Shown piece by piece: positions 18,386-27,810 of a DNA stretch of 64,000 nucleotides; the stretch's first letter is position 1, and the number at the start of each line of letters is the position of its first letter. The DNA is taken from NCBI GenBank assembly GCA_047629195.1, contig JBLHWY010000011.1:3061-67060 (forward strand). The letters are read 5' to 3'. A program made the position numbers and the translations under genes. The stretch is from Candidatus Azotimanducaceae bacterium (GTDB lineage: Bacteria > Pseudomonadota > Gammaproteobacteria > Pseudomonadales > Azotimanducaceae). A model generated the notes under the pieces. The model saw only the letters and a program-made list of their open reading frames with translations. It did no database searches and had not been told where the DNA came from.

Positions 18386-19051
18386 ATGAATAAACTTCAG
18401 TTACCCGAACAACAATTCCTTCCATCGGGTGGGCTTACTAAAACGAGGATCAAGACAGTGAACTATATAGGAACTGGTTTCGTGCCGGTATTCATGCTGG
18501 TGTTTTTTTCAATGTTTGCCACTTCAGTCATGGCAGAGAGTGAAAAAGTTCTTTTTTCCACCGACGATATACCCAATTTTGTAGAATATTCAGAATCCCT
18601 CTCAAGTTCTGGCCAACCTTTAAAGGAACACATGCCTTTGTTGGCAGAGATGGGTTTTGATCAGATTATTTATCTTGCATTGACGACCAATAGAACAGCA
18701 TTGGACAAAGAAGATGAGTTAGTGCTGAAAAATGACATGAATTACTTGCACGTCGCAGTGGATTTCTCGAAACCGAGCCTAAAGAATTTTGAAACTGTTG
18801 CGCTAATTCTTCAGAACTCCAAGGATCAAAAAAGTCTGTTGCATTGCCAGGTAAACTATCGAGCATCAACTTTTTCCTTTCTCTATCGCGTTATTTATCT
18901 TGGTGTCCCTATCGGCGCGGCCAAGGAGGATCTTGATAAAGTTTGGACTCCGGACTCTGTTTGGTACCAGTTTCTCGTCAATACGCTGGCTGCACATGGC
19001 ATGACTCACGAATGTGATTCCTGTGACTGGCAAGAGAGGGATTTTGATTAG
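18386..19051 (+). CDS. Secreted DUF442-type (PTP-fold, sulfur-metabolism-associated) phosphatase-like protein
   Basis: Signal-peptide-like FMLVFFSMFATSVMA. SSSGQPLKEHMPLLAEMGFDQIIYL and LHCQVNYRAS (HC-x4-R-[AS]) resemble the DUF442 pattern. Confidence 0.5.
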   Translation: MNKLQLPEQQFLPSGGLTKTRIKTVNYIGTGFVPVFMLVFFSMFATSVMAESEKVLFSTDDIPNFVEYSESLSSSGQPLKEHMPLLAEMGFDQIIYLALTTNRTALDKEDELVLKNDMNYLHVAVDFSKPSLKNFETVALILQNSKDQKSLLHCQVNYRASTFSFLYRVIYLGVPIGAAKEDLDKVWTPDSVWYQFLVNTLAAHGMTHECDSCDWQERDFD

Positions 19052-19666
19052 GTTTTTGTGAATTTGGAGTGTCAAAGGTTGAAGATACCGGTAGAAAGAA
19101 TTTTGGGGTCAATACAAAGATGAGTTGAAGCGTTAGGGCTGCTGCCCGTTAGAGTCATAGTCAGTGGTTGTAAAAAGGGGTTTTTGAGATGGGAATTGGT
19201 TTTAGTTTTGATTTGAGCTTGAAAAGGCTGGTTGAATTACAACGGTTAACGAGGTGTGGCCTGTAGGAAGTTGACCATAGAGTCAGTCGTCAAATTCGTA
19301 CATTTTACAAAGTTTGCTTGGAATTTGGATTGCCTTTCGGCGAAGCAAATATACCGAATAACTCTTGTAGAGCAGTGTTTTCCAGCGGTGAATATAGGGT
19401 CAGATGTCGATATTTCGACACCAATTGTGCTGTTTCCATCTGATTTAATAGCCTTAATCACATTTCGGCGCTTAAGTTACTAACAATTTATAGCGGTTTC
19501 TCAATTGCAAGCCTAAATCTTACTGTTTTGAGTTGTGCTAATTCTAGTGATCCTCTGAGCCCTTGCTTTATGTGGCCTACAGGGTGGTTGTACAAAAATT
19601 AACCAGTGCCCTCAATGCGACGGTTTTTGGGGATCTCAAGGGTGTCGGGCAAAGTTATCACCAGAC

Positions 19667-19701
19667 TTATCCACAGGAAATGTGGAAAACTTTTATCCTA
19701 T
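19667..19701. promoter_or_regulatory. Cluster of DnaA-box-like 9-mers
   Basis: TTATCCACA (19667-19675) is a perfect consensus. TGTGGAAAA (19681-19689) is an inverted 8/9 match. TTATCCTAT (19693-19701) is a 7/9 match. Confidence 0.35.
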
Positions 19702-19892
19702 ACCTAGTTTCAGTTAGTGGGCGCACACTTTTTCATCCACGCCCGCGGCGGCTTAGTGCTTCAAGCTGAGATAAGATCATCAATATGGTTGATAGTCGTG
19801 GGCCATGATGGTGTCATAGCCGCGGAATATTTATCGAGTTGAATTGACGAAAGAAGATTTCTTCTCGATTGGGGAGCAAATATTGAGGTGGA

Positions 19893-21044
19893 ATGTTTAT
19901 GAGCGTTGAAGTACACGGTTATTGTGATGAAAAATTTTCTGGACTGAAAGATGTTTTGGCCACTAGCGTTGAGGCTGGCTCCGATCTTGGCGCCTCGTTC
20001 GCCGCCACAGTAGACGGTGAAATGGTTGTCGATATATGGGCTGGCTCACTAGATGAGGCTCAAGAGCAATCATGGCAAAAAGATACACTTGTCAACGTCT
20101 ACAGTACGACAAAAACAATGTCATTTCTGTGTGCATTGGTGCTGGCGGATCGAGGTCAGTTAGATTTCGACGCCAAAGTCGCGAAATACTGGCCTGAATT
20201 TGCACAAAATGGCAAGGGTGATGTGAAGGTTTGGCACTTGATGAATCATGCTGCAGGGCTTTCTGGATTGGAAGAGCCTGTCACCCCTGCTGATATGTAT
20301 GACTGGGACAAGATTACTGGGTTATTAGCTGCGCAGGCGCCCTGGTGGGAACCAGGTTCAGCAACAGGCTACCATGCAATCACTCAAGGTTACTTGATTG
20401 GCGAAATTGTAAGGAGAATATCGGGACGGTCACTGGGCCAGTTTTTTGCAGAAGAAATAGCCCGACCTCTGGGCGCTGACTTCTACATTGGTGTTCCAGA
20501 GCAGGAATTTCCTCGAATTGGCCACTTGATACCGCCGGGTGGTGGTGATGCGGAACCCAGCGCTGGCGGAGATGAAAATTCTATCGCTGCAAGAACTTTT
20601 CGGAATCCAGCAATTGGTGCACTTGAATCTCGCACGCCTGAGTGGCGCAAGGCTGAGATACCCGCGGCAAATGGTCATGGCAATGCACGATCGGTTGCGC
20701 GGATACAATCAATTTTGGCCTGTATGGGGGAGGTGGATGGCATCAGATTGCTCTCGGAAGAAACCGCTAAATCAGTGATGGTTGAGCGAATTTCCGGAAA
20801 AGATTTGGTGCTTAATGTGCCCTTGAGATTCGGTCTTGGTTATGGACTCAATCAACCAGCAGCACCCTTGTCGCCAAATCAAAATGTTTGTTATTGGGGT
20901 GGTTGGGGTGGTTCAGTGATTGTGGTTGATCAGGATGCCCGTGCTTCAATTAGCTATGTAATGAATAAAATGAACGTTGGCCTGACAGGAGACATGCGCT
21001 CGGCCAATCTGGTCGGCGGCTTCTACCAGTCTTTGTTGAGTTAA
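19893..21044 (+). CDS. Serine hydrolase of the class-C beta-lactamase/esterase family
   Basis: S-x-x-K motif in VYSTTKTMSFLCALVL. Family-typical YHAITQGYLIGEIVRRISG and NGHGNARSVAR. Confidence 0.8.
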   Translation: MFMSVEVHGYCDEKFSGLKDVLATSVEAGSDLGASFAATVDGEMVVDIWAGSLDEAQEQSWQKDTLVNVYSTTKTMSFLCALVLADRGQLDFDAKVAKYWPEFAQNGKGDVKVWHLMNHAAGLSGLEEPVTPADMYDWDKITGLLAAQAPWWEPGSATGYHAITQGYLIGEIVRRISGRSLGQFFAEEIARPLGADFYIGVPEQEFPRIGHLIPPGGGDAEPSAGGDENSIAARTFRNPAIGALESRTPEWRKAEIPAANGHGNARSVARIQSILACMGEVDGIRLLSEETAKSVMVERISGKDLVLNVPLRFGLGYGLNQPAAPLSPNQNVCYWGGWGGSVIVVDQDARASISYVMNKMNVGLTGDMRSANLVGGFYQSLLS

Positions 21045-21072
21045 GTTAGATTTTCGCTGAGGGGTTTAGATC

Positions 21073-21678
21073 GTGCCTGAATTTGTAGTCAGATGTCGAA
21101 AAACCAGCACTGATCCTGACAAGCTTCTGGGCGGTATTGGCACGGGAGCGCACGTAGAATATCTGCCTCACATGATTGTGAGTGCGCTCTTTTTATCCAA
21201 AGCACATCGTCCCAACGTTAAGCTCTCGCTTATTTTCGAGGAAACGAGTGACTATTCGCGCAGATTGGTCTTGGAGGGGGGGACGCTAGGGACGGTCGGT
21301 GGTCATGATGAAAAGTCCTTACTTATGTTTCTCGCCAATGCGTTAAAAGAGGCGGGCTCCTTACCCAAGGAAACCTCGGTAACGACAGCTTCTGGTGTCT
21401 TGATCGAGACCATCAGCTTTGAGCATTTTGTTAAGCGAGAAGCCGAACGAAGTCCGGTATACGTGCTGGATAAGAAGGGGCCTGATATAAGGGAGCTTGA
21501 ATTGGCTCCCGACGCCATATTCGTGTTGACCGATCACATTCCCATGCCAAAAAAGACATTTAAATCCATGCTGCGACAAGGGGTAAAGAAGATTTCTTTA
21601 GGTCCCCAGATGTTGCATGCGTCTCAATGTATGACGTTGATAAATAACGAATATGATAGGTATTATTACCGCGGATAG
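21073..21678 (+). CDS. SPOUT-class methyltransferase homologous to archaeal TrmY (UPF0217/DUF358)
   Basis: (M)PEFVVRCRKTSTD...SALFLSKAHRPNVKLSLIF and IFVLTDHIPMPKK...KISLGPQMLHASQCMTLINNEYDR align by eye with M. jannaschii TrmY (MREFIFKA...; FIIGDHIG...[23 protein letters not shown]). Confidence 0.7.
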   Translation: MPEFVVRCRKTSTDPDKLLGGIGTGAHVEYLPHMIVSALFLSKAHRPNVKLSLIFEETSDYSRRLVLEGGTLGTVGGHDEKSLLMFLANALKEAGSLPKETSVTTASGVLIETISFEHFVKREAERSPVYVLDKKGPDIRELELAPDAIFVLTDHIPMPKKTFKSMLRQGVKKISLGPQMLHASQCMTLINNEYDRYYYRG

Positions 21679-21855
21679 CTGACTGCGACTCCGTTGCCCA
21701 TGTGAGTTTGCTATCTAGGTCATTTTTGCGACTGATGCGTTGGCATAAATTGCTTGGGGTGAGTTGTTTGACCTAGTGTATTCGGCAATAATCAGCTTGA
21801 TTAACATAACGCATTAACTTTCTAGTTCGATAACAAATGGTATAACGGCAAAAAT

Positions 21856-22539
21856 ATGACAACAGAAGATACGGCAAGCACAATCAAGTCAATCGCTATC
21901 CTTGGCGGCACCGGTGATCTCGGCGGCGGTTTAGCCAGGCAGTGGTCTCGAGCAGGCTATCAAATACTGATCGGATCGCGTACAGAAGAAAAAGGCAAAG
22001 CTGCGGCAGATGAATTGTTGGCGGAGTTCCCAGATTTGAATGTCACAGGGCATGAGAATCTAGCTGCAGCCACAGCAGCGGATCTCGTTGTGTTGACAGT
22101 ACCGTTTGCCCATCAAATCAGCACCCTAGAATCCGTCAAGGCAGGTTTGTCTGGCAAAGTGCTCATTGATGTTACTGTGCCACTTATGCCACCCAAGGTC
22201 GGTACGGTGCAGTTGCCCGAGGCGGGCTGTGCTGCCGTTATGGCGCAGGAATGTGTTGGTGATGAAGTATTCGTGGTATCAGCGTTTCAGAATGTTGGGG
22301 CTATGCACCTGCAAGAAGATCATGCGATTGAGTGTGACGTGCTGGTGACCGGGAATAAGAAGGCAGCTAGAGACACTGTCATCACACTAGTTGAGGCGCT
22401 CGGTTTGAGAGGTTGGCATGCGGGTCCGCTGGCCAATGCTGCTGCTGCTGAAGCACTGACTTCCGTTCTCATCTCTATTAATCGTCATCATAAAATTAAT
22501 GGTGCAGGGATTGTGATTACCGGGGCACCTAGCAGCTAG
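21856..22539 (+). CDS. npdG: NADPH-dependent F420 reductase
   Basis: Rossmann motif IAILGGTGDLGGGLARQWSRAGYQILIGSRTEEKGKAAADEL. About 227 aa, and it sits directly upstream of cofE/cofD/cofC. Confidence 0.85.
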   Translation: MTTEDTASTIKSIAILGGTGDLGGGLARQWSRAGYQILIGSRTEEKGKAAADELLAEFPDLNVTGHENLAAATAADLVVLTVPFAHQISTLESVKAGLSGKVLIDVTVPLMPPKVGTVQLPEAGCAAVMAQECVGDEVFVVSAFQNVGAMHLQEDHAIECDVLVTGNKKAARDTVITLVEALGLRGWHAGPLANAAAAEALTSVLISINRHHKINGAGIVITGAPSS

Positions 22540-22615
22540 TGTTTTGGGTTCGCTCTTGGCTCCAATCAGCTCCTAGTACCAATAATTTAAACCAGTATTG
22601 TGGAAGTTTTACGCT

Positions 22616-23395
22616 ATGAAGCTTGAGTTTATCGGCATTGAAAATATCCCTATGATCGAGCCTGGCGATGACCTGGCTACCTTAATTGAACAAGGGCTAG
22701 CGTCTATGGGAGAGCAATTACGAGATGATGACGTGCTTGTACTTGCTCAAAAAATTATTTCTAAAGTCGAAGATAGATATCTTGATTTAAGAACGGTTGT
22801 GCCTAGTGCCGAGGCTATTGCATTGGCTCAGGAAGTCGATAAACCGCCGAACAAAGTCCAAGCGATTTTAGATGAATCTAATGAAGTTGTTAGGAAGCGA
22901 AAGGGCGTTCTCATTGTTGAACATAAGCTTGGTTTTGTGCAGGCAAATGCGGGCATAGACCAATCAAATATTTCCCATGAAAATGATGCGGACGATAACA
23001 TGTGCCTGTTGTTGCCCGTTGATCCCGATGCAAGTGCTGCCAAATTGCGAAGTGAAGTTGAACGCCGACATGCTGTTAGTGTTGGTGTGATTATCAATGA
23101 CTCTATTGGCCGAGCCTGGCGTAATGGTTCGATGGGGCTTGCTATTGGTGTCTCGGGTTTTACCGCCATTGAAGACTATATTGGCATGACGGATATTTAT
23201 GGTCGTGAACTGATGGTGACGGAAGTTGCCGCGGCCGATGAGATGGCGGCTGGTGCTTCTCTCGTGATGGGCCAGACGAGCGAGAAAACGCCTGTTGTTT
23301 TGGTGCGCGGTTATAAGCCTAAAGAACCTATCGATAACTCTCGTGTTGGTGTTCGGCCGCTGATCCGAGAAAAACAAATGGATTTATTTCGCTAG
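22616..23395 (+). CDS. cofE: Coenzyme F420-0:L-glutamate ligase (single-domain CofE)
   Basis: MKLEFIGIENIPMIEPGDDLATLI...VLAQKIISKVEDRY...QANAGIDQSN...INDSIGRAWRNG. About 260 aa, so there is no FbiB-type C-terminal nitroreductase domain. Confidence 0.85.
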   Translation: MKLEFIGIENIPMIEPGDDLATLIEQGLASMGEQLRDDDVLVLAQKIISKVEDRYLDLRTVVPSAEAIALAQEVDKPPNKVQAILDESNEVVRKRKGVLIVEHKLGFVQANAGIDQSNISHENDADDNMCLLLPVDPDASAAKLRSEVERRHAVSVGVIINDSIGRAWRNGSMGLAIGVSGFTAIEDYIGMTDIYGRELMVTEVAAADEMAAGASLVMGQTSEKTPVVLVRGYKPKEPIDNSRVGVRPLIREKQMDLFR

Positions 23396-23396
23396 T

Positions 23397-24389
23397 ATGA
23401 ATGAGCCTACAGCAAAGAACTGTTTAGCAATCTCTGGAGGTGTCGGTGGGGCGAAACTTGCGCTCGGCTTGTCACATTGTTTGCCTTCCGAAAAACTCTG
23501 TGTTGTGGCAAACACAGGTGATGATTTTACCCACTTAGGGTTTAAAATTTGCCCAGACCTGGATACAGTTTTGTACACGCTGGCGGATCTGAATAACAAA
23601 GAACTTGGTTGGGGCCAACAAGGTGAATCGTGGAATTTTCTCAGTGCACTTGAGTCATTGGGCGGAGAAAGCTGGTTTCAGCTGGGCGATAGAGATCTCG
23701 CAACACATTGCGTGCGGTCCCAATTGCTCGCTGCCGGCGCTAGTCTCTCAGACGCAACAAAGCATTTATGTAAAGCAATGGGTGTTGAATTAAACCTTTG
23801 CCCCATGACCGACGATGAAGTTGCAACCATCGTGCATTGTGAAGTTGAGGATTCTGAAAGCGGGGAAAAACGAATTGTGCCGATGGCATTTCAACATTAT
23901 TTCGTCAGAGATCGCTGCCAGCCCAGCGTGACCGGATTTTCCTTCGATGGCATGTCCTCAGCAAAACCAAGTGACGATTTTGTTGCTGCACTCACAAGCG
24001 AGGATCTTGGTTCCATTATTATTTGTCCGTCTAATCCCTTTGTCAGTGTTGATCCTGTGCTTAAATTGCCAGGCGTCTTAGAAGCGATAAAGAATGCCAG
24101 AGTGCCAGTAATAGCCATCTCGCCTATTGTTGGCGGACAGGCAATCAAGGGTCCCGCAGCAAAAATGATGGCTGAACTCGGTATGCCGGCCAGCGCACTA
24201 GCAGTTGCAGAGCATTACAAGGGCAAAATTGATGGATTTGTCATTGATGAGGCAGATGCCGACCTAAAAGAAGATATTGAAGGTTTAGGTATACCTACTA
24301 TCGTGACCAAATCTGTCATGGTAACGTTAGAAGATCGAATAGGATTAGCGAAAGAAGTGCTTCAGTTTGCCAGCAAATTAGCTTCCTGA
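23397..24389 (+). CDS. cofD: 2-phospho-L-lactate (LPPG:FO) transferase
   Basis: ISGGVGGAKLALGL...VANTGDDFTHLGFKICPDLDTVLYTLA...WFQLGDRDLATH. The start lies 1 nt after the cofE stop. Confidence 0.9.
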   Translation: MNEPTAKNCLAISGGVGGAKLALGLSHCLPSEKLCVVANTGDDFTHLGFKICPDLDTVLYTLADLNNKELGWGQQGESWNFLSALESLGGESWFQLGDRDLATHCVRSQLLAAGASLSDATKHLCKAMGVELNLCPMTDDEVATIVHCEVEDSESGEKRIVPMAFQHYFVRDRCQPSVTGFSFDGMSSAKPSDDFVAALTSEDLGSIIICPSNPFVSVDPVLKLPGVLEAIKNARVPVIAISPIVGGQAIKGPAAKMMAELGMPASALAVAEHYKGKIDGFVIDEADADLKEDIEGLGIPTIVTKSVMVTLEDRIGLAKEVLQFASKLAS

Positions 24390-24432
24390 GCCATTACTTG
24401 ATCTATTTTAGTGACATTAACTACTTGGCAAA

Positions 24433-25170
24433 ATGATACCTGAAATGAATACGACTGCGGTTATCCCAATTAAGCAGCTTAATGACGCCAAGAAGCGTCT
24501 GGCAAATTATCTGTCTGTGAGCCAGCGCCGTGCTTTATGCCAGGTAATGTTTGAGGATGTGCTGGAAGCGGTGACCACTTGTGATCGTATTGATGATGTT
24601 GTCGTCGTCACAAATGACGAATCTGTCGCATCAATCGCATTTTCATATTCCGCACGAGTCATTCCTGAACCCGAACAGCCTGGTTTAATTGCGGCAGTAA
24701 CACATGCGGCTGATTTGCTTGCCTCTGAGGGTACTGTGAATATGGTCTTTCTGCCTGGCGATGTACCGCTTGTGAGCGTTGAAGAACTTGAGGTTGTGCT
24801 AGATGGGTTTGGATTGAGTGGTGTGCCTGAATTTTTGATTGTGCCAGCCGAGGATCTCGGTGGCTCAAATTGTGTTGTTTGTTCGCCGCCCAATTGCATC
24901 GAATTCCTATTTGGCCTCGATAGCTTTAGAAAGCATCTGAAGGAGTCTAAGGATCGTGGAATTGAACCATCAATAGCTAAACTTCCTGGACTGGGATTGG
25001 ATGTAGACACGCCGGATGATCTGGCCGTGTTAGGTGAAATACTGCTTCGGCAGGAAGTAACAACTAGGACCCATCGATTTTTGCTTCAGGCCGGCTTAAT
25101 GATGCACCCGAGCGATCAGAATGAAAACCAGAGTAAAAACCAGAGTGAGAATAGATTAGCGCGAAGTTAA
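24433..25170 (+). CDS. cofC: Phospho-lactate/enolpyruvate guanylyltransferase (CofC/FbiD)
   Basis: AVIPIKQLNDAKKRLANYLSVSQRRALCQVMFEDVLEAV...VVVVTNDESV...FLPGDVPLVS. Low-complexity C-terminal tail NENQSKNQSENR. Confidence 0.8.
   Translation: MIPEMNTTAVIPIKQLNDAKKRLANYLSVSQRRALCQVMFEDVLEAVTTCDRIDDVVVVTNDESVASIAFSYSARVIPEPEQPGLIAAVTHAADLLASEGTVNMVFLPGDVPLVSVEELEVVLDGFGLSGVPEFLIVPAEDLGGSNCVVCSPPNCIEFLFGLDSFRKHLKESKDRGIEPSIAKLPGLGLDVDTPDDLAVLGEILLRQEVTTRTHRFLLQAGLMMHPSDQNENQSKNQSENRLARS
25124..25146 (+). repeat. 12-bp-period tandem repeat (AAAACCAGAGT twice) inside the cofC 3' end
   Basis: AAAACCAGAGT at 25124-25134 and again at 25136-25146. It encodes the NQSKNQS tail. Confidence 0.7.
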
Positions 25171-25204
25171 ATTGCCTGATCAAAAACCTACCGGATAAAT
25201 AGTT

Positions 25205-27757
25205 ATGACCACCATTAGTGAACAACGAATTTCTGAGCTGCTGGATACCGCAGTTGCAGGACCTCTTTCAGATGCAGATATTCTCCAGTTGTCGGAAACC
25301 AATAATACTGCAGCCTTGATGAATGTTGCCGCAGTGATACGCGATAGGGGACATCAAAATGTTGTGTCGTATTCGCGAAAAGTTTTTATTCCGCTAACGC
25401 ACCTCTGTCGTGATGTTTGTCACTACTGTACCTTTGCACAAGTGCCTAGAAAGCTGAAGGCGCCGTATCTGACGCCTGAAGAAGTATTGAAAATTGCCAC
25501 TGATGGGTCGAAAGCAGGTTGTAAGGAAGCGTTGTTTACGCTCGGCGATAGACCCGAAATGCGATACAAAGCCGCTCGGGACGGGCTGAAGGAGCTTAAA
25601 CAGGACTCCACGCTATCATATCTGCATGATATGGCGGAGTTGGTGTTCGCAGAAACGGGGATGCAGCCTCACCTAAACCCAGGGTTGATGAGCGCGACAG
25701 AATTGGCAGAGCTCAGAAAAGTATCTGTTTCGATGGGAATTATGTTGGAAAGCGCCTCGCCTCGGTTGTTGGAAAAGGGCATGCCGCATTATGGTTCTCC
25801 TGATAAAGATCCTGCCCTAAGGTTAGAGACGATTAGACTAGCAGGGGAAGCGAAGATACCTTTCACCTCTGGCATCCTAATTGGCATTGGCGAGACAAGG
25901 CGTGAGCGAATCGAGTCTTTGATCGCTTTACGTGCAGCTAATGTCGATCACGGTCATATTCAAGAAATTATCATTCAGAACTTCAGGGCGAAAGCTGACA
26001 CATTGATGGTAAATGCGCCTGAGCCTGACCTGAATGAGCTGTTATGGACGTTGGCCTTGGCAAGGATTACCTTTGGGCCGAAAATGAACATTCAAGCGCC
26101 ACCGAATTTGAGCCCAGGTGTGCTGGAACAAATCGTCGGTGCGGGGATCAATGACTGGGGCGGAGTGTCTCCGGTAACGCCTGACTTTGTTAACCCTGAA
26201 GCGCCATGGCCTCATTTGTCCCACCTTACAGACGAAACCGCTAAGGCGGGAAAGCTGCTGATTGAACGTCTGGCGATCTATCCTGACTATGCTCTTGATG
26301 TTGAAACCTGGCTCGACCCAGCGATGCAACCTATCGTACGAAGAGCGATTGATGGTGATGGTTTTGCCAGAACTGAAACCTGGTCTGCTGGAGCAGTGGG
26401 CGATCCTCCTGAGGCTGATCTCGCAAGGGTCACAAAAATTCCTCAGCGACGAGTAAGTGAAGATCTTGGTGGCATCCTAGAAAAAGCAAAATCAGGCACA
26501 GAGCTGTCTGAAAGTGAAATTGTTCGCTTGTTCAAAGCTAGAGGAGATGACTTAACCTACGTCTGTCAGGCTGCAAATGACGTCCGCAAAGATCTGGCCG
26601 GTGATGAAGTCACGTATTGTGTAAATAGAAACATTAATTACACCAATGTATGTTATTTCAAGTGTCAGTTCTGTGCTTTCTCGAAAGGAAAGATGAGTGA
26701 GAACTTGCGAGGGCGACCTTACGATCTTGATCCGGAAGAGATCATGCGTCGAACCAAAGAAGCTTATGAGCGCGGTGCAACGGAAGTCTGCCTGCAAGGT
26801 GGTATTCATCCAGAATACGACGGTAATACTTACATCGATATTTGCCATAGCATCAAGCAAGTTATTCCGGAAATGCATATTCATGCTTTCTCTCCTTTGG
26901 AAGTTTGGCAGGGAGCGCACACGCTTGGTATTAGTCTTGAGGAATACCTAGGGAAATTGAAGGAAGCTGGGCTTGGAACATTACCGGGTACCGCGGCAGA
27001 AATTTTGGATGATGAAGTTCGAGCAACACTCTGCCCAGATAAGCTCAATTCTGAGCAATGGCTTGAAGTGATGGAAACAGCGCATGGTCAGGGGTTTAAT
27101 ACGACTGCCACGATCATGTACGGTCATATCGAAAAATATGAACATATCGCTCGGCACCTGTTGAAGATTCGGCGCTTGCAAGCAAAGACCCATGGGTTTA
27201 CCGAATTTGTCATTCTTCCCTTCATACATATGGAAGCCCCGATGTATTTGAAGGGTAATGCGAGGCAAGGCCCAACTTTTAGAGAAGCGTTGCTTATTCA
27301 TGCAATATCCCGATTGGTGTTAAACCCCTTGTTCAGAAACATTCAGGCTTCTTGGACCAAATTAGGGCATGCCGGTGTTGTAGCATGTTTGAATGCTGGC
27401 GTTAATGACATCGGCGGCACCTTGATGAATGAGACGATCACGCGTGCAGCTGGTGCCAGTCATGGGCAGGAAACAAGTCCGGAGGAAATGGAGCGCATGA
27501 TCCTTTCAGCGGGTCGTCGGCCAAGACAGCGGGCAACAGACTACGGTGAAGTTAGTGAACTTCAGCAGCAGCGTGGTCGTGGTGCGAAAACATTACTTGA
27601 GCCAGAATATACCTCAGCGAAGAAATACGAACGAAAAAAGCCGGGAACGAAAAAGAAAGATCTTTATCGTCCAGGTCTAGAGTCGACGGACAAAATGCCA
27701 GACTCATCTAACGATGACCATGATGAGGACAAAATATCGAGTGCGGATATTATTTAG
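25205..27757 (+). CDS. fbiC: FO synthase, fused CofG+CofH radical-SAM enzyme (FbiC)
   Basis: Two radical-SAM CxxxCxxC motifs (CRDVCHYCTF and CYFKCQFCAF) in one 850-aa ORF. A charged C-terminal extension of about 70 aa is present. Confidence 0.9.
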   Translation: MTTISEQRISELLDTAVAGPLSDADILQLSETNNTAALMNVAAVIRDRGHQNVVSYSRKVFIPLTHLCRDVCHYCTFAQVPRKLKAPYLTPEEVLKIATDGSKAGCKEALFTLGDRPEMRYKAARDGLKELKQDSTLSYLHDMAELVFAETGMQPHLNPGLMSATELAELRKVSVSMGIMLESASPRLLEKGMPHYGSPDKDPALRLETIRLAGEAKIPFTSGILIGIGETRRERIESLIALRAANVDHGHIQEIIIQNFRAKADTLMVNAPEPDLNELLWTLALARITFGPKMNIQAPPNLSPGVLEQIVGAGINDWGGVSPVTPDFVNPEAPWPHLSHLTDETAKAGKLLIERLAIYPDYALDVETWLDPAMQPIVRRAIDGDGFARTETWSAGAVGDPPEADLARVTKIPQRRVSEDLGGILEKAKSGTELSESEIVRLFKARGDDLTYVCQAANDVRKDLAGDEVTYCVNRNINYTNVCYFKCQFCAFSKGKMSENLRGRPYDLDPEEIMRRTKEAYERGATEVCLQGGIHPEYDGNTYIDICHSIKQVIPEMHIHAFSPLEVWQGAHTLGISLEEYLGKLKEAGLGTLPGTAAEILDDEVRATLCPDKLNSEQWLEVMETAHGQGFNTTATIMYGHIEKYEHIARHLLKIRRLQAKTHGFTEFVILPFIHMEAPMYLKGNARQGPTFREALLIHAISRLVLNPLFRNIQASWTKLGHAGVVACLNAGVNDIGGTLMNETITRAAGASHGQETSPEEMERMILSAGRRPRQRATDYGEVSELQQQRGRGAKTLLEPEYTSAKKYERKKPGTKKKDLYRPGLESTDKMPDSSNDDHDEDKISSADII

Positions 27758-27810
27758 CACCGACAATAAAGTATACGCAGATTTGGATATCTAAAATAAA
27801 ACATACGAGG

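Noticed and set aside
19254-19583. Pair of similar 13-mers, TGTGGCCTGTAGG (19255-19267) and TGTGGCCTACAGG (19571-19583), as possible ends of a small mobile element
   Set aside because: They match at only 11 of 13 positions. A rough estimate gives several such pairs by chance in an 800-bp region. No transposase, target duplication or longer terminal repeat is present.
19246-19769. Three short ORFs (71, 75 and 68 aa) in the 19.05-19.89 kb gap
   Set aside because: They overlap one another on opposite strands. None has an RBS or a recognisable motif, and their composition is not protein-like. The region is better treated as non-coding.
19052-19892. The DnaA-box cluster as the chromosomal replication origin
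   Set aside because: There are only three boxes and no AT-rich 13-mer array. No dnaA, dnaN, gidA or mioC neighbours are present. The flanking genes are ordinary metabolic genes.
24507-25010. 167-aa minus-strand ORF overlapping cofC
   Set aside because: It is antisense to a clearly recognisable CofC sequence. The Ser/Thr/Pro-rich, low-complexity product is typical of a shadow ORF.
27560-27757. Charged, low-complexity C-terminal extension of FbiC as a separate functional domain
   Set aside because: Its composition (K/E/D/S-rich) looks like a disordered tail. I cannot tell from sequence alone whether it is conserved, so it is not worth a separate claim.
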